From the IMG/VR virus record IMGVR_UViG_3300032214_001486, positions 32,001 to 96,000 of that record: a DNA stretch of 64,000 bases; one strand, 5' to 3'. This stretch comes from a virus. The notes under the pieces are model-generated. The model was not told the DNA's origin and ran no database searches. It saw only the letters and a list, made by a program, of their open reading frames with translations. A program made the translations under genes and the position numbers. This document shows, piece by piece, positions 1-8,446 of this stretch (position 1 is the first letter of the stretch; each line of letters begins with the position of its first letter).

Positions 1-9
1 GAGGACTGA

Positions 10-369
10 ATGACGACCACACCCCCTGATTTGTCAGCAACCTACGCTGCCTTTGGTGACCTTAGCGCGGCGGTTTCCGCCTTGCCAGAGGCGGAGCGGC
101 TGACCCTTCAAGACCAGCTTGGAGAATTGGCGGACAGCTTAAACGCCTATGCGCGAGAAGTAGACCAGAAGCTAACGATAAGTAGGGTATTGTTTGCCCT
201 TGCCGCAAAGCATTGGAGGGGTTATACAAGCCAACACACAACCCCCGCCCACCGTAGCGCGGCCGGGGAACACATGCACAAGCTCATGGGTGAGTTAGAG
301 CAGGAAGCCAAGAGACACCCGCAACGCTTATCGGTGTCTGAGCGGTACGATTTCAGAAAAATAATGTAG
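10..369 (+). CDS. hypothetical helical protein
   Basis: GAGGA RBS before ATG; same strand and directly upstream of polA. Confidence 0.6.
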   Translation: MTTTPPDLSATYAAFGDLSAAVSALPEAERLTLQDQLGELADSLNAYAREVDQKLTISRVLFALAAKHWRGYTSQHTTPAHRSAAGEHMHKLMGELEQEAKRHPQRLSVSERYDFRKIM

Positions 370-382
370 CTTTGGGGACAGA

Positions 383-3091
383 ATGAAAGAGGAAGCCAAG
401 GCCCGCGGCTGTAAGTGTGACGAATGTCCGCTAAAAAATCAGCCCGGCCCTGTGTTCCCTGAACCCCGACCCGTTGGGACGCCTCTCGCACTTATTGGGG
501 AATTTCCAGGGGATATGGAAGTGAGTGAGGGGCGTCCCTTTGTCGGGCCGCAAGGGAAGCTGCTGGCGAAGGTACTGAAAAAGGCAGGTCTGGATCGAAA
601 CCGCGCCCATATGACCCTGGCCGTGCTCTGTCAGCCGCCGGGCAACGATATGAAAAAGCTGCTGGCGCGGCTCCGCTCAGACAACGCCGCGAAAAAGAAA
701 GAGAATACGAAGCGGTCGAAACAGGGACTCCCGCCCGTACCGTTGACCCCAAACCCGGTGGACTGCTGCCGGCCGAGGCTGGTCGCGGAAGTCGCAGCTT
801 TTCACTATCTCATGCCGCTCGGAGGGTTAGCGGCGGGGACAATCTTAGGGGGCACACCCGCCATTGACCCTATCCGTGGCTCGCTCATGGACGGGTCTTT
901 GATCTATGACGGGGAACGAAACGTGATGGGCCTCACCGATCCATCGGTGCCCGGTCACCCCGTCCGCATGATCCCCAGCCTGTCGCTTGCCCGCGTCCGC
1001 AAACAGCCCCGTTGGTTAGAGACATTCCAGGGTGATTTTGAGCGTATGGCCCGGTGGATGAACGGCCAATTGCGCTGGACAAACCCACAAGAGGCATATC
1101 ACCCCTCCGCGGACGCCCTCTATGCCTTCCTCTCGTCGGGCCAGCCCGCGTATACCTTTGACGTGGAAACAGACGGTATCGCCGCGCTGGCCTGCAATAT
1201 CCGCTGCATATCCATCGGCACGCCAACCCATGTGATGTGCATTGGCACCCGGCCAAAAGACGCGGACAAATCAGTACGCGGGGATGGGGGCTTCTACCCT
1301 CCCGCGGAAATGGAGCGGGTCAAAGAGGTTCTGCGCTGGTTTTTCACAAACCCCGCAATCCTGAAAGTCGGCCACAATGCCGGTTACTATGACCGTCTGG
1401 TGGTCCGTCAATGGCTCGGCATAGACCCACACCCGATCTTAGACACCATCCTGCTTCACCGCTTGGCAGAGAGCGAGCTTCCACACTCGCTGGGCTTTGT
1501 CGGCAGCAAGTACACCGACGTTCACGCTTGGAAAGCCAACCGGGCGGGAAAGAAGCTGGCGACCGACGCGGAAAGCGACCACGAATTGCATCACTACTGC
1601 AATCTCGACGTTGCGGTAACCGCCCGCGTGCTCGCCCCTCTATGGGCCGACGTAAACAAGGCCCAGCAGCAATCTCTGGTCGAAAAAGACCATCTGGTGC
1701 AGCGTGTGTGCGCCGACATGCACACCGCGGGTATGCGGGTCAATCAGGAGGCACGAAAGAAGGCCGAGGACGACCTGATCCGCTCTATTGTCAAGGTGCG
1801 GACTCAGCTACAAGAAATGTCGTCGGCTGACTTCAACCCCGGCTCTACCCACCAGTTACGCAAAATTTTGTTTGACGAATGGAAGCTAACGCCTCCGTTG
1901 GATGAAGAACTTAGGTACACCGAAACCGGCGACCCGAGCACGTCCGACAACATCATGCGGTCCCTGCTCAGCTTGGATCACCTGCCGGAGCACCCGCGGC
2001 AATTCATCATCGGCCTGCGGCGCTACCGGAAACTTACGAAGGAATTGGGGACATATGTAGCCAAGCTGCGGCCTATGTCCGAGGTCATCCCGACCGGGAT
2101 GGGCTTTGACGCAGACGAGGAGGAGGAAGTACGCAAAGAGCGGGAGGAACGCGGATACGAAAAGCGCGGGATTGTGTGGGCAGACGGCCGGATGCGTCCG
2201 GGCTATAACGCCCACGTCGCCCTGACTGGACGGCTATCGAGCAGCAGCCCGATCAACGCGCAGAATTTCCCCAAGCATCTACGCAAACTCATTATTCCGC
2301 AGCCCGGCCATGTGTTTGTCGGCGCCGACGCCGACCAGCTTGAATTGCGGATCGCCGCGGCCCGCTGGCAGCTTAAACGCTACCTTGACGCGCTTTTAGA
2401 GGGTATCGACCCTCACTCAATGGTGACCGCGCAAGCGATCTTCGGTGATGTATTTATGAAGTGTGCGGGCTGGCCGGGCCCCACGAACGGAAACAAGTGG
2501 TCGGGCGATGCGTATGACTACCGGCAGCTTGCGAAGATCATCCAGTATGCCTTTCAATACAAAGCGTCGGTCGAGACAGGCACCCGGATTATTCAGTCTA
2601 CCGAGGTCGAGGACAAAGACACCGGGCGTACTCGCCTGCCCTATGTCAAAAAGACTGTCCGAGAAGTCCGGCAGATGCGCGAAGCGTGGCTGCGCGGTGT
2701 CCCCGAGTTAGAGACGGGCTGGGAAAAGGAGATTGCGCACTATCGGCAATACGGTTATGTGCAGGAGCCTGTGCATGGTCGGCGCCGGTTCTGCAAAGAC
2801 GGCGAAAACCCTAACGAGATTGTTAACTTCCCGATCCAGGGGAGCGCGTCGGCCTTGATGAACAATGCCATGATCGCCATTTGGCAGGAGATCCCCCTGC
2901 ACAAGTGGGGTCCGGGTACGGGCCTTTTGACGCAAACTCACGACGCTTTGGTGGTGGAGTGCCCCATTGATCAGGCGGATTGGGTCAAGGCTGTAATCGA
3001 GCACTACATGAACCAGACCCACCCTTCGCTCCCTGGGGTGCGGTTCACCGCAACGGCCGATATTGGCTATAACTGGAAGGAGGTAGGCTGA
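383..3091 (+). CDS. polA: Family A DNA polymerase with N-terminal family-4 UDG-like domain and 3'-5' exonuclease
   Basis: CDECPL..IGEFPG..GRPFVG..CQPPGN (UDG4-like); exonuclease FDVET, GHNAGYYD, YCNLD; TGRLSSS, motif A DADQLELR, motif B RQLAKIIQY, motif C THD. Confidence 0.95.
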   Translation: MKEEAKARGCKCDECPLKNQPGPVFPEPRPVGTPLALIGEFPGDMEVSEGRPFVGPQGKLLAKVLKKAGLDRNRAHMTLAVLCQPPGNDMKKLLARLRSDNAAKKKENTKRSKQGLPPVPLTPNPVDCCRPRLVAEVAAFHYLMPLGGLAAGTILGGTPAIDPIRGSLMDGSLIYDGERNVMGLTDPSVPGHPVRMIPSLSLARVRKQPRWLETFQGDFERMARWMNGQLRWTNPQEAYHPSADALYAFLSSGQPAYTFDVETDGIAALACNIRCISIGTPTHVMCIGTRPKDADKSVRGDGGFYPPAEMERVKEVLRWFFTNPAILKVGHNAGYYDRLVVRQWLGIDPHPILDTILLHRLAESELPHSLGFVGSKYTDVHAWKANRAGKKLATDAESDHELHHYCNLDVAVTARVLAPLWADVNKAQQQSLVEKDHLVQRVCADMHTAGMRVNQEARKKAEDDLIRSIVKVRTQLQEMSSADFNPGSTHQLRKILFDEWKLTPPLDEELRYTETGDPSTSDNIMRSLLSLDHLPEHPRQFIIGLRRYRKLTKELGTYVAKLRPMSEVIPTGMGFDADEEEEVRKEREERGYEKRGIVWADGRMRPGYNAHVALTGRLSSSSPINAQNFPKHLRKLIIPQPGHVFVGADADQLELRIAAARWQLKRYLDALLEGIDPHSMVTAQAIFGDVFMKCAGWPGPTNGNKWSGDAYDYRQLAKIIQYAFQYKASVETGTRIIQSTEVEDKDTGRTRLPYVKKTVREVRQMREAWLRGVPELETGWEKEIAHYRQYGYVQEPVHGRRRFCKDGENPNEIVNFPIQGSASALMNNAMIAIWQEIPLHKWGPGTGLLTQTHDALVVECPIDQADWVKAVIEHYMNQTHPSLPGVRFTATADIGYNWKEVG

Positions 3092-3092
3092 T

Positions 3093-3401
3093 ATGTCGAA
3101 GTCTAATCAGACCCCGGATAACTGGGTTTTTTGCAGCCCGGATGGAAAGTACGGCGGGCTTCTGTTCAACGTGCCCCGCTCGGAAGTAGAGCAGGCGGCG
3201 CTGCTTGCGCTCGACGGCCTGAGCCCGGAAACGGACTACCAAGAGGTGAAGTACACCCGGTACAAGGGCTCCACCCTCGTTCTCGCGTTCCGCCCCACCG
3301 ACGAAGATGAGGGCGTCGCTGAGGTCATTTTGGGTGATATGGGCACCACGAAGGCCCTACACGAATTCGCAGAGTGGCCCATTAACTTCGACGAAGAATA
3401 A
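3093..3401 (+). CDS. hypothetical protein
   Basis: GGAGG RBS; starts 1 bp after polA stop. Confidence 0.7.
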   Translation: MSKSNQTPDNWVFCSPDGKYGGLLFNVPRSEVEQAALLALDGLSPETDYQEVKYTRYKGSTLVLAFRPTDEDEGVAEVILGDMGTTKALHEFAEWPINFDEE

Positions 3402-3411
3402 GGAGGACAAC

Positions 3412-3657
3412 ATGAAGTATTCGTACACCCTGGACGTGGACGTAACTCCGGCTGAGGTTGCCGAGCTTGTGCAGGTGGCAACACAATTGCCCAGCGTGTT
3501 CCGCGCGTTTGTCGGCGAAATGGCGGATATTCAGCGGGAAGTCGCTGACCGTGCGGCTGTCCGCGCCGCCGTGTCTCGCGCCCGCGCGAAGGCTGAGGCT
3601 GAGGCTGAGGCCGAGGCGAAAGCCAGTCGCCGCCGCGGTCGTCGTCGGCGCCGCTGA
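3412..3657 (+). CDS. small protein with Arg-rich C-terminus
   Basis: AAGGAGG RBS before ATG 3412 (MKYSYTLD); ends AEAEAEA..RRRGRRRRR. Confidence 0.7.
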   Translation: MKYSYTLDVDVTPAEVAELVQVATQLPSVFRAFVGEMADIQREVADRAAVRAAVSRARAKAEAEAEAEAKASRRRGRRRRR

Positions 3658-3680
3658 TCTGCTGAGTCTGTACCGGAGGA

Positions 3681-4478
3681 ATGACCATGACAACAGACGG
3701 GCTGTATCCCCTGCGTGATGACCCTAAGCTGCTGTTTTGCTTGGGGGATACAGCCGCGGTCTGCGCTAAACTCCCCGAGGGGCGCTTTTCGCTTATTCAT
3801 TCTGATCTGCCGTTCAACACCGGCAAGGTCCAGAAGGGGAGAGCGGGCGCCTACGCAGACACCTTCGAGGATTTCCCGGCTTGGCTCACAACGCAAGTAA
3901 CCCGCTACAAGGCCCTTTTGGCGCCCAACGGGCTGCTTGCGTTGCAGTTAGACGACCGGGAACACTTGACGCTGCGAAACGTGTGCGATGCAGTCATGGG
4001 CCCCGATAGCTACAAAGGCACCCTGATTTGGCACTATGACACCGGGGGCGTGGCTAAGAATTGGTGGTCGATGAAACACCAATACATCGTCCTCTATTCG
4101 CTGGGAGAGCCGATCTTCCACCCCAACGCCGTGCCCACCCTGCCCCGCAAGTCCGCGCCCAAGCGGGTCATCAACGCGGCGGGCGAAGAACGGGTGTATG
4201 ACGGGGATAAGAAAATTTCGTCTGTCTGGAATATCAATTGGTCTACTACCGCACCGGAGCGGTGTGGATACCCGAGCCAAAAACCGATGGATTTGGCGCA
4301 GACGCTAATCTCGGTACACACCAACCCCGGCGATTGGGTCTTAGACCCGTGCTGCGGGTCGGGCACAACCGGCTTTGCGGCCCACAAGTTAGGCCGCAAC
4401 GCGCTGATCGTGGACAGGAACTCGGAAGCCTTAGAGGCCGCCCAGCGCCGGGCCGCGGGCGGGTATGACCGGCCTTAA
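3681..4478 (+). CDS. N6-adenine/N4-cytosine DNA methyltransferase (beta class)
   Basis: Motif IV variant SDLPF precedes YPSQKP and motif I VLDPCCGSGTT. Confidence 0.9.
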   Translation: MTMTTDGLYPLRDDPKLLFCLGDTAAVCAKLPEGRFSLIHSDLPFNTGKVQKGRAGAYADTFEDFPAWLTTQVTRYKALLAPNGLLALQLDDREHLTLRNVCDAVMGPDSYKGTLIWHYDTGGVAKNWWSMKHQYIVLYSLGEPIFHPNAVPTLPRKSAPKRVINAAGEERVYDGDKKISSVWNINWSTTAPERCGYPSQKPMDLAQTLISVHTNPGDWVLDPCCGSGTTGFAAHKLGRNALIVDRNSEALEAAQRRAAGGYDRP

Positions 4479-5345
4479 ATGACCACCGACCTGCTACTCG
4501 ACCCTGCCCGTATCCCGCGGGTAGTGAACCAAAAGCACGCGCAATACACTGTTTACATCGGTCGCTCGGGCCGCGGGGCCTTCTCCGTTCTCGGCAACCC
4601 GGTTATTCGTGGTGATCTCTGCCCCGTCTGCGGGCAGGTTCACGACTACCGGGGCGATACCCTGCCCTGCTTTGAGCGATACGCTCGGGCCAGGATGGAG
4701 ACAGACAGCAGCTATCGGGCGGCGATCTTAGCCTTGACGGGTCAAGTCCTCGGCTGTTTCTGCAAGCCCGGACCCTGCCACGGGGATATACTAATCAAGT
4801 TATGGGGAGAGCTAATGGCACCAAAAGTAAGCTACACACCGCTGTTTTCGCAGGCGCAGGCCGCCGATCCGACCGTCAGCCGGGTTCTGGAACACTACGA
4901 ATTGCAGTTACAGGCAGCCCCCGCTTGGCTGGGTGATTTCTCGCTAAAGGTTTGGAGTACAGCCGATGCTCCCAGCCCCTTAAAGCTGCTTGCGGGCCGC
5001 ATGGTCGCAAAGGCGCGGGATTGTGTGTGGTCGCTGCCCCGGCAGGCGGAAACACTCGGCGGCTACAACACCCTGTATTTACAGCGGTATTTTGAGGGTC
5101 AGTCAGTTAAGCCCCACAAAGACCCCAAGAACAACCGCCACAGCGTCCTTTTGCTCTCCCTGGGGGACTTCGATCCCCCTGAGCACCTGTTTGACGGGGC
5201 GCCCCACCGCCTCCCAACGGGTACACTTCTGCATTTTTCAGCTTGGCTCGATACCCTCGGCGGCTCTTGGCTTAGCCCAGCCCATAGCGTCGGCCCGTTG
5301 CCCCGCGGCGAACGCTGGGCCCTCATTCTCACCCACAATGTTTAG
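4479..5345 (+). CDS. DUF4326-like domain fused to AlkB-like 2OG-Fe(II) dioxygenase
   Basis: VYIGR..GNP..LGCFCKPGPCHGD (DUF4326); Y..G..V.PHKD..LLSLG..HSV..R (HxD..H..R of the 2OG-Fe(II) fold). Confidence 0.75.
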   Translation: MTTDLLLDPARIPRVVNQKHAQYTVYIGRSGRGAFSVLGNPVIRGDLCPVCGQVHDYRGDTLPCFERYARARMETDSSYRAAILALTGQVLGCFCKPGPCHGDILIKLWGELMAPKVSYTPLFSQAQAADPTVSRVLEHYELQLQAAPAWLGDFSLKVWSTADAPSPLKLLAGRMVAKARDCVWSLPRQAETLGGYNTLYLQRYFEGQSVKPHKDPKNNRHSVLLLSLGDFDPPEHLFDGAPHRLPTGTLLHFSAWLDTLGGSWLSPAHSVGPLPRGERWALILTHNV

Positions 5346-5357
5346 GGGGCAAACAAT

Positions 5358-5885
5358 ATGTCGGTAACTTGGACGTTGGCGGGACAACGACACAAAGAGA
5401 ACACCCGCGTTAGGTACTCGATACGGAGTGTTTCGCACGTTTGCCCTACCTGCGAGGGCTCGGGTCGGGTTGGAGAAAAAGTTCCCACCTGGGATTGCTG
5501 CCCCGGCTTCGTTGACGATGGGGGAGATTGGTATTCTTGCCCCTTCGAGGAAGCGCAAAAATTGGGCCCCATTACTTACCGCTTTGAGATTGAAGGCGAG
5601 GGTGACTTCGCTGCTTGCCTGCATTGTGGCCCAAAATACCCTGAACCCGTGACCATGAAAGAGAAGATAGAAGCCCGGCTACAGGGCTCTGAGTCTTGTA
5701 CGGACTGTTCTCGTAACGGGCAATCCTTGGGGAAGATCGTCCACTTTGAGCTTGTTCTGCTGTTTCCGGTCGGGGCTCTAACTGACCAGGGGGCGGACTC
5801 TATCGTTTTAGCTACAGACAAGTCTCGGTCAGCCCTGCAAAGAGCGTGTTTAAGCCTCTATCTAACGCAGAACCGGCTAACCTAA
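5358..5885 (+). CDS. Cys-rich putative zinc-binding protein
   Basis: CPTC, CLHC and CTDC motifs; in operon. Confidence 0.6.
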   Translation: MSVTWTLAGQRHKENTRVRYSIRSVSHVCPTCEGSGRVGEKVPTWDCCPGFVDDGGDWYSCPFEEAQKLGPITYRFEIEGEGDFAACLHCGPKYPEPVTMKEKIEARLQGSESCTDCSRNGQSLGKIVHFELVLLFPVGALTDQGADSIVLATDKSRSALQRACLSLYLTQNRLT

Positions 5886-5898
5886 CGGGGAGAACACC

Positions 5899-6525
5899 AT
5901 GCTGGAAGTCATCACAGGCTGTATGTACGCAGGCAAAAGCTCGGAGCTATTGCGCCGGGTCCGCCTCAGTCAGATCGCCGGGCTTAGGTGCATGTCTTAC
6001 AAGCACAGCCTGGATCAAAGGTATTCCCCCACACACATCGCTACCCACCCCAACCCTGCGGCGGCCTCGACCGGGCAGCAGCAGCAGGAATTCGGGGAGT
6101 GTGTGCTGGTGCGGAACGAATGGGAGTTAGGGCAGGCGCTCACAGACGCCCTTGAAGCAAAGGCAGACGTGATCTCTATTGACGAAGTGCAATTCTTCGG
6201 AAAGGAAGCCCTGCACGACATTTTCGCGGCGGCCGACCGGGTGCGTGTCATCGTCGCGGGGCTCAGCCTTGACGCTTACGGTGTGCCTTTCGACATTATG
6301 CCCGAGCTATTGGCAGACGCCGACGAGATTAAGCGCCTGCACGCCGTTTGCACAAACAAGGTCCGGGGCCCCCTTGGCGTAGAGGCACTCTGCGGCAAAA
6401 AAGCATCGCGTACCGTCGATCTCGACCCCAAGGGAGAGCAAAATCAAGGTAAAACCCCGCTTGTAGCCGTGGGTTCCTATGGAAAGTATGCTGCCCGTTG
6501 CCGTCATTGTTGGACTTGGGGCTGA
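5899..6525 (+). CDS. tdk: thymidine kinase
   Basis: GCMYAGKS P-loop, IDEVQF, VIVAGL, C-terminal CRHC zinc site. Confidence 0.95.
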   Translation: MLEVITGCMYAGKSSELLRRVRLSQIAGLRCMSYKHSLDQRYSPTHIATHPNPAAASTGQQQQEFGECVLVRNEWELGQALTDALEAKADVISIDEVQFFGKEALHDIFAAADRVRVIVAGLSLDAYGVPFDIMPELLADADEIKRLHAVCTNKVRGPLGVEALCGKKASRTVDLDPKGEQNQGKTPLVAVGSYGKYAARCRHCWTWG

Positions 6526-6560
6526 ACCCTAACCTTGACGAGCGGCAGGAAACGCATTAT

Positions 6561-6590
6561 GGCCCCTGGGCAACGCCGGGGGCCCTTTTC
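6561..6590 (+). terminator. possible intrinsic terminator
   Basis: GGCCCCTGG..CCGGGGGCC hairpin followed by CTTTT, downstream of tdk. Confidence 0.5.
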
Positions 6591-6592
6591 GT

Positions 6593-7087
6593 ATGTTTCC
6601 AAGCATGTATCCAGTCTTAGGCGTATATTCTATCTTTCTGGCACACCCTTCCTCTGCGACCTTACCCGACATTGACTCTTGGGCGCAAACAATTGTGTCC
6701 TTCTACCCTCAAATGAGCGTAGAGGCGGTCGTACCCGCCCGTGTCTCGATGCGGAACCACCTGGGCTCGGTAGGCGGCTGGGAGGCTTGGTATCGGTGGG
6801 TTGCCGGGGCAAAGGACTTGGCGGGCCAGCCCGTCTACTCAGTGATGATTTGCCCTAAACAGTGGGTAGGCAAGCGGACGTACCGCTTGGTCGAAGAATT
6901 CCTACGGGTAGGCAAGCCCGTCTACTTTATCGACGGTGACGGGTTAACCCCCGTCGTCGAGGTGAAGATAGATGACGGGGCTGAGCGTGACGCCAACGGG
7001 GAACCGTTGAATTGGTCATCGTCTTGGGTACTCTGCCCCGCCGCGGAGCCCGATGGGGCATGGGAGAACGGCACATGGAACCCGTAA
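6593..7087 (+). CDS. hypothetical protein
   Basis: ORF in + strand cluster, downstream of TTGACG promoter-like motif at 6535. Confidence 0.65.
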   Translation: MFPSMYPVLGVYSIFLAHPSSATLPDIDSWAQTIVSFYPQMSVEAVVPARVSMRNHLGSVGGWEAWYRWVAGAKDLAGQPVYSVMICPKQWVGKRTYRLVEEFLRVGKPVYFIDGDGLTPVVEVKIDDGAERDANGEPLNWSSSWVLCPAAEPDGAWENGTWNP

Positions 7088-7638
7088 ACAGCTTGACTCC
7101 GGCCTTACCGGCAGACCCGGCTCATTTTCCCTGCATCCTCATGGACCCGCCCTGGACAGAGAACGGGGGCGGCAAGGTCAAGCGGGGCGCGGATAGGCAC
7201 TATCCTACGCTTCCGGTGCGGGAGATCCTGCCCGTGGTGCTCAAAAGCCCATTGTGGCGCCCCGATCCGGCCGGTTGTGTCCTTTGGTGCTGGGCCACGA
7301 ATAACTACCTACCTGACGCTCTTTGGCTAATTGATGCGCTGGGCTTCCGGTACATCACCAACGCCGTGTGGGTAAAGCAGGGGCGGGCGGGCTTGGGTCA
7401 ATGGCTTCGCGGCCGGCATGAATTGCTGCTGCTCGCCAGTCGAGGGGAGAGCCCGGCGAGCACGGTGCGGACAAATCGAAAAGACCTGTCCACCCTTCTA
7501 ATCGCGGAGCGGGGCGCCCATAGCGCCAAGCCTGAGAGGGCATACAAGTTAATCCAAGAGCGTTGTCGGGGCCCTTACGCTGAATTGTTTGCACGAAAGC
7601 CGCGGCCCGGCTGGTCTGTGTGGGGGAACGAAGTATGA
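7075..7638 (+). CDS. MT-A70-family adenine methyltransferase
   Basis: MDPPW, HYPT, LWCWAT, GFRY..W.K, RGRHELLL, HSAKP, ELFAR..GW..WGNE; GGAG RBS before ATG 7075. Confidence 0.92.
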   Translation: MEPVNSLTPALPADPAHFPCILMDPPWTENGGGKVKRGADRHYPTLPVREILPVVLKSPLWRPDPAGCVLWCWATNNYLPDALWLIDALGFRYITNAVWVKQGRAGLGQWLRGRHELLLLASRGESPASTVRTNRKDLSTLLIAERGAHSAKPERAYKLIQERCRGPYAELFARKPRPGWSVWGNEV

Positions 7639-8012
7639 GTATGAGCAGGGCGTGGACGGATCAACCGATTGATCACAGCGGCTTAGAATTCACACCCGAT
7701 CAGATGATTTGGGTAAAGGAGGCGCAAGCCTACTACACCCAGGTTTTCATTCACGACGAGGCCGGGACTGAAACGGTCGCAGAGTTAGGCGAAAGGGTGC
7801 GGGCTACGGTGCCCATTGAGCTAACGTGCGGCGACTACTACTTAGGTCGGTTCGGGTTTTTGGGGCAACAGGTCTACTTGTTAGGTGGTGTACCTACGGT
7901 GGGCTCTTTGTCCCCATGCTCAGTTTGCGGCGAGCCGCAGACGTTTGAGCGAAACAGTCAAAAGTATTGTGTCCCCTGCGGGGGTTATGTAGGGGGAAAT
8001 GATGGAGGCTGA
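7635..8012 (+). CDS. hypothetical protein with C-terminal zinc ribbon
   Basis: CSVC..CVPC; ATG overlaps MT-A70 stop. Confidence 0.6.
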   Translation: MSMSRAWTDQPIDHSGLEFTPDQMIWVKEAQAYYTQVFIHDEAGTETVAELGERVRATVPIELTCGDYYLGRFGFLGQQVYLLGGVPTVGSLSPCSVCGEPQTFERNSQKYCVPCGGYVGGNDGG

Positions 8013-8364
8013 CAACACACGGTATCCCATTCGTCCGGCAAAGCTGGTGACCATCCTCTCGGATGGCGGGTACTCTCCGACCCAAGTGAGCCAGATGTTA
8101 GGGGGCCGCATCAGTTTTCGCGCCCTCTACAGGTGGCGAAACGAGGAGGCCATGCCCCAGCGGTATGCTGATTATGTGGATGTTTTGCAGTTAGCTACCG
8201 GCTTAGGTCTGCTCGGCGCGCTGCCTGAGCAGGCAGAAACCGAGGAACAGCCGGTGTTCCCGGCGTTGGCCCCTGAACCCGATGTAGATGACGCAGATAC
8301 AGCCTCCGCAGAAACAGACCCCTATGCGCTCGACGTGGACGGGGACAGCGACGGCGAAGAATAA
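7999..8364 (+). CDS. helix-turn-helix protein with acidic tail
   Basis: GYSPTQVSQML..ISFRALYRW (XRE-like HTH). Confidence 0.6.
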   Translation: MMEADNTRYPIRPAKLVTILSDGGYSPTQVSQMLGGRISFRALYRWRNEEAMPQRYADYVDVLQLATGLGLLGALPEQAETEEQPVFPALAPEPDVDDADTASAETDPYALDVDGDSDGEE

Positions 8365-8369
8365 CAGCC

Positions 8370-8400
8370 CCTTGACGAACGACAAAGGGTAAGCTAAGGG
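8370..8400 (+). promoter_or_regulatory. sigma70-like promoter, CCTTGACGA class
   Basis: TTGACG-17 bp-TAAGGG; same extended motif at 6533(+), 19163(-) and 38277(-). Confidence 0.55.
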
Positions 8401-8446
8401 GGGACAGCTTTGCGTACCCCCCACAACACAAGGAAATGAGTGAAAA

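Noticed and set aside
383-3091. DpoZ / Z-genome system
   Set aside because: No PurZ, DatZ or MazZ-like gene is recognisable in the window; the odd motifs alone are insufficient.
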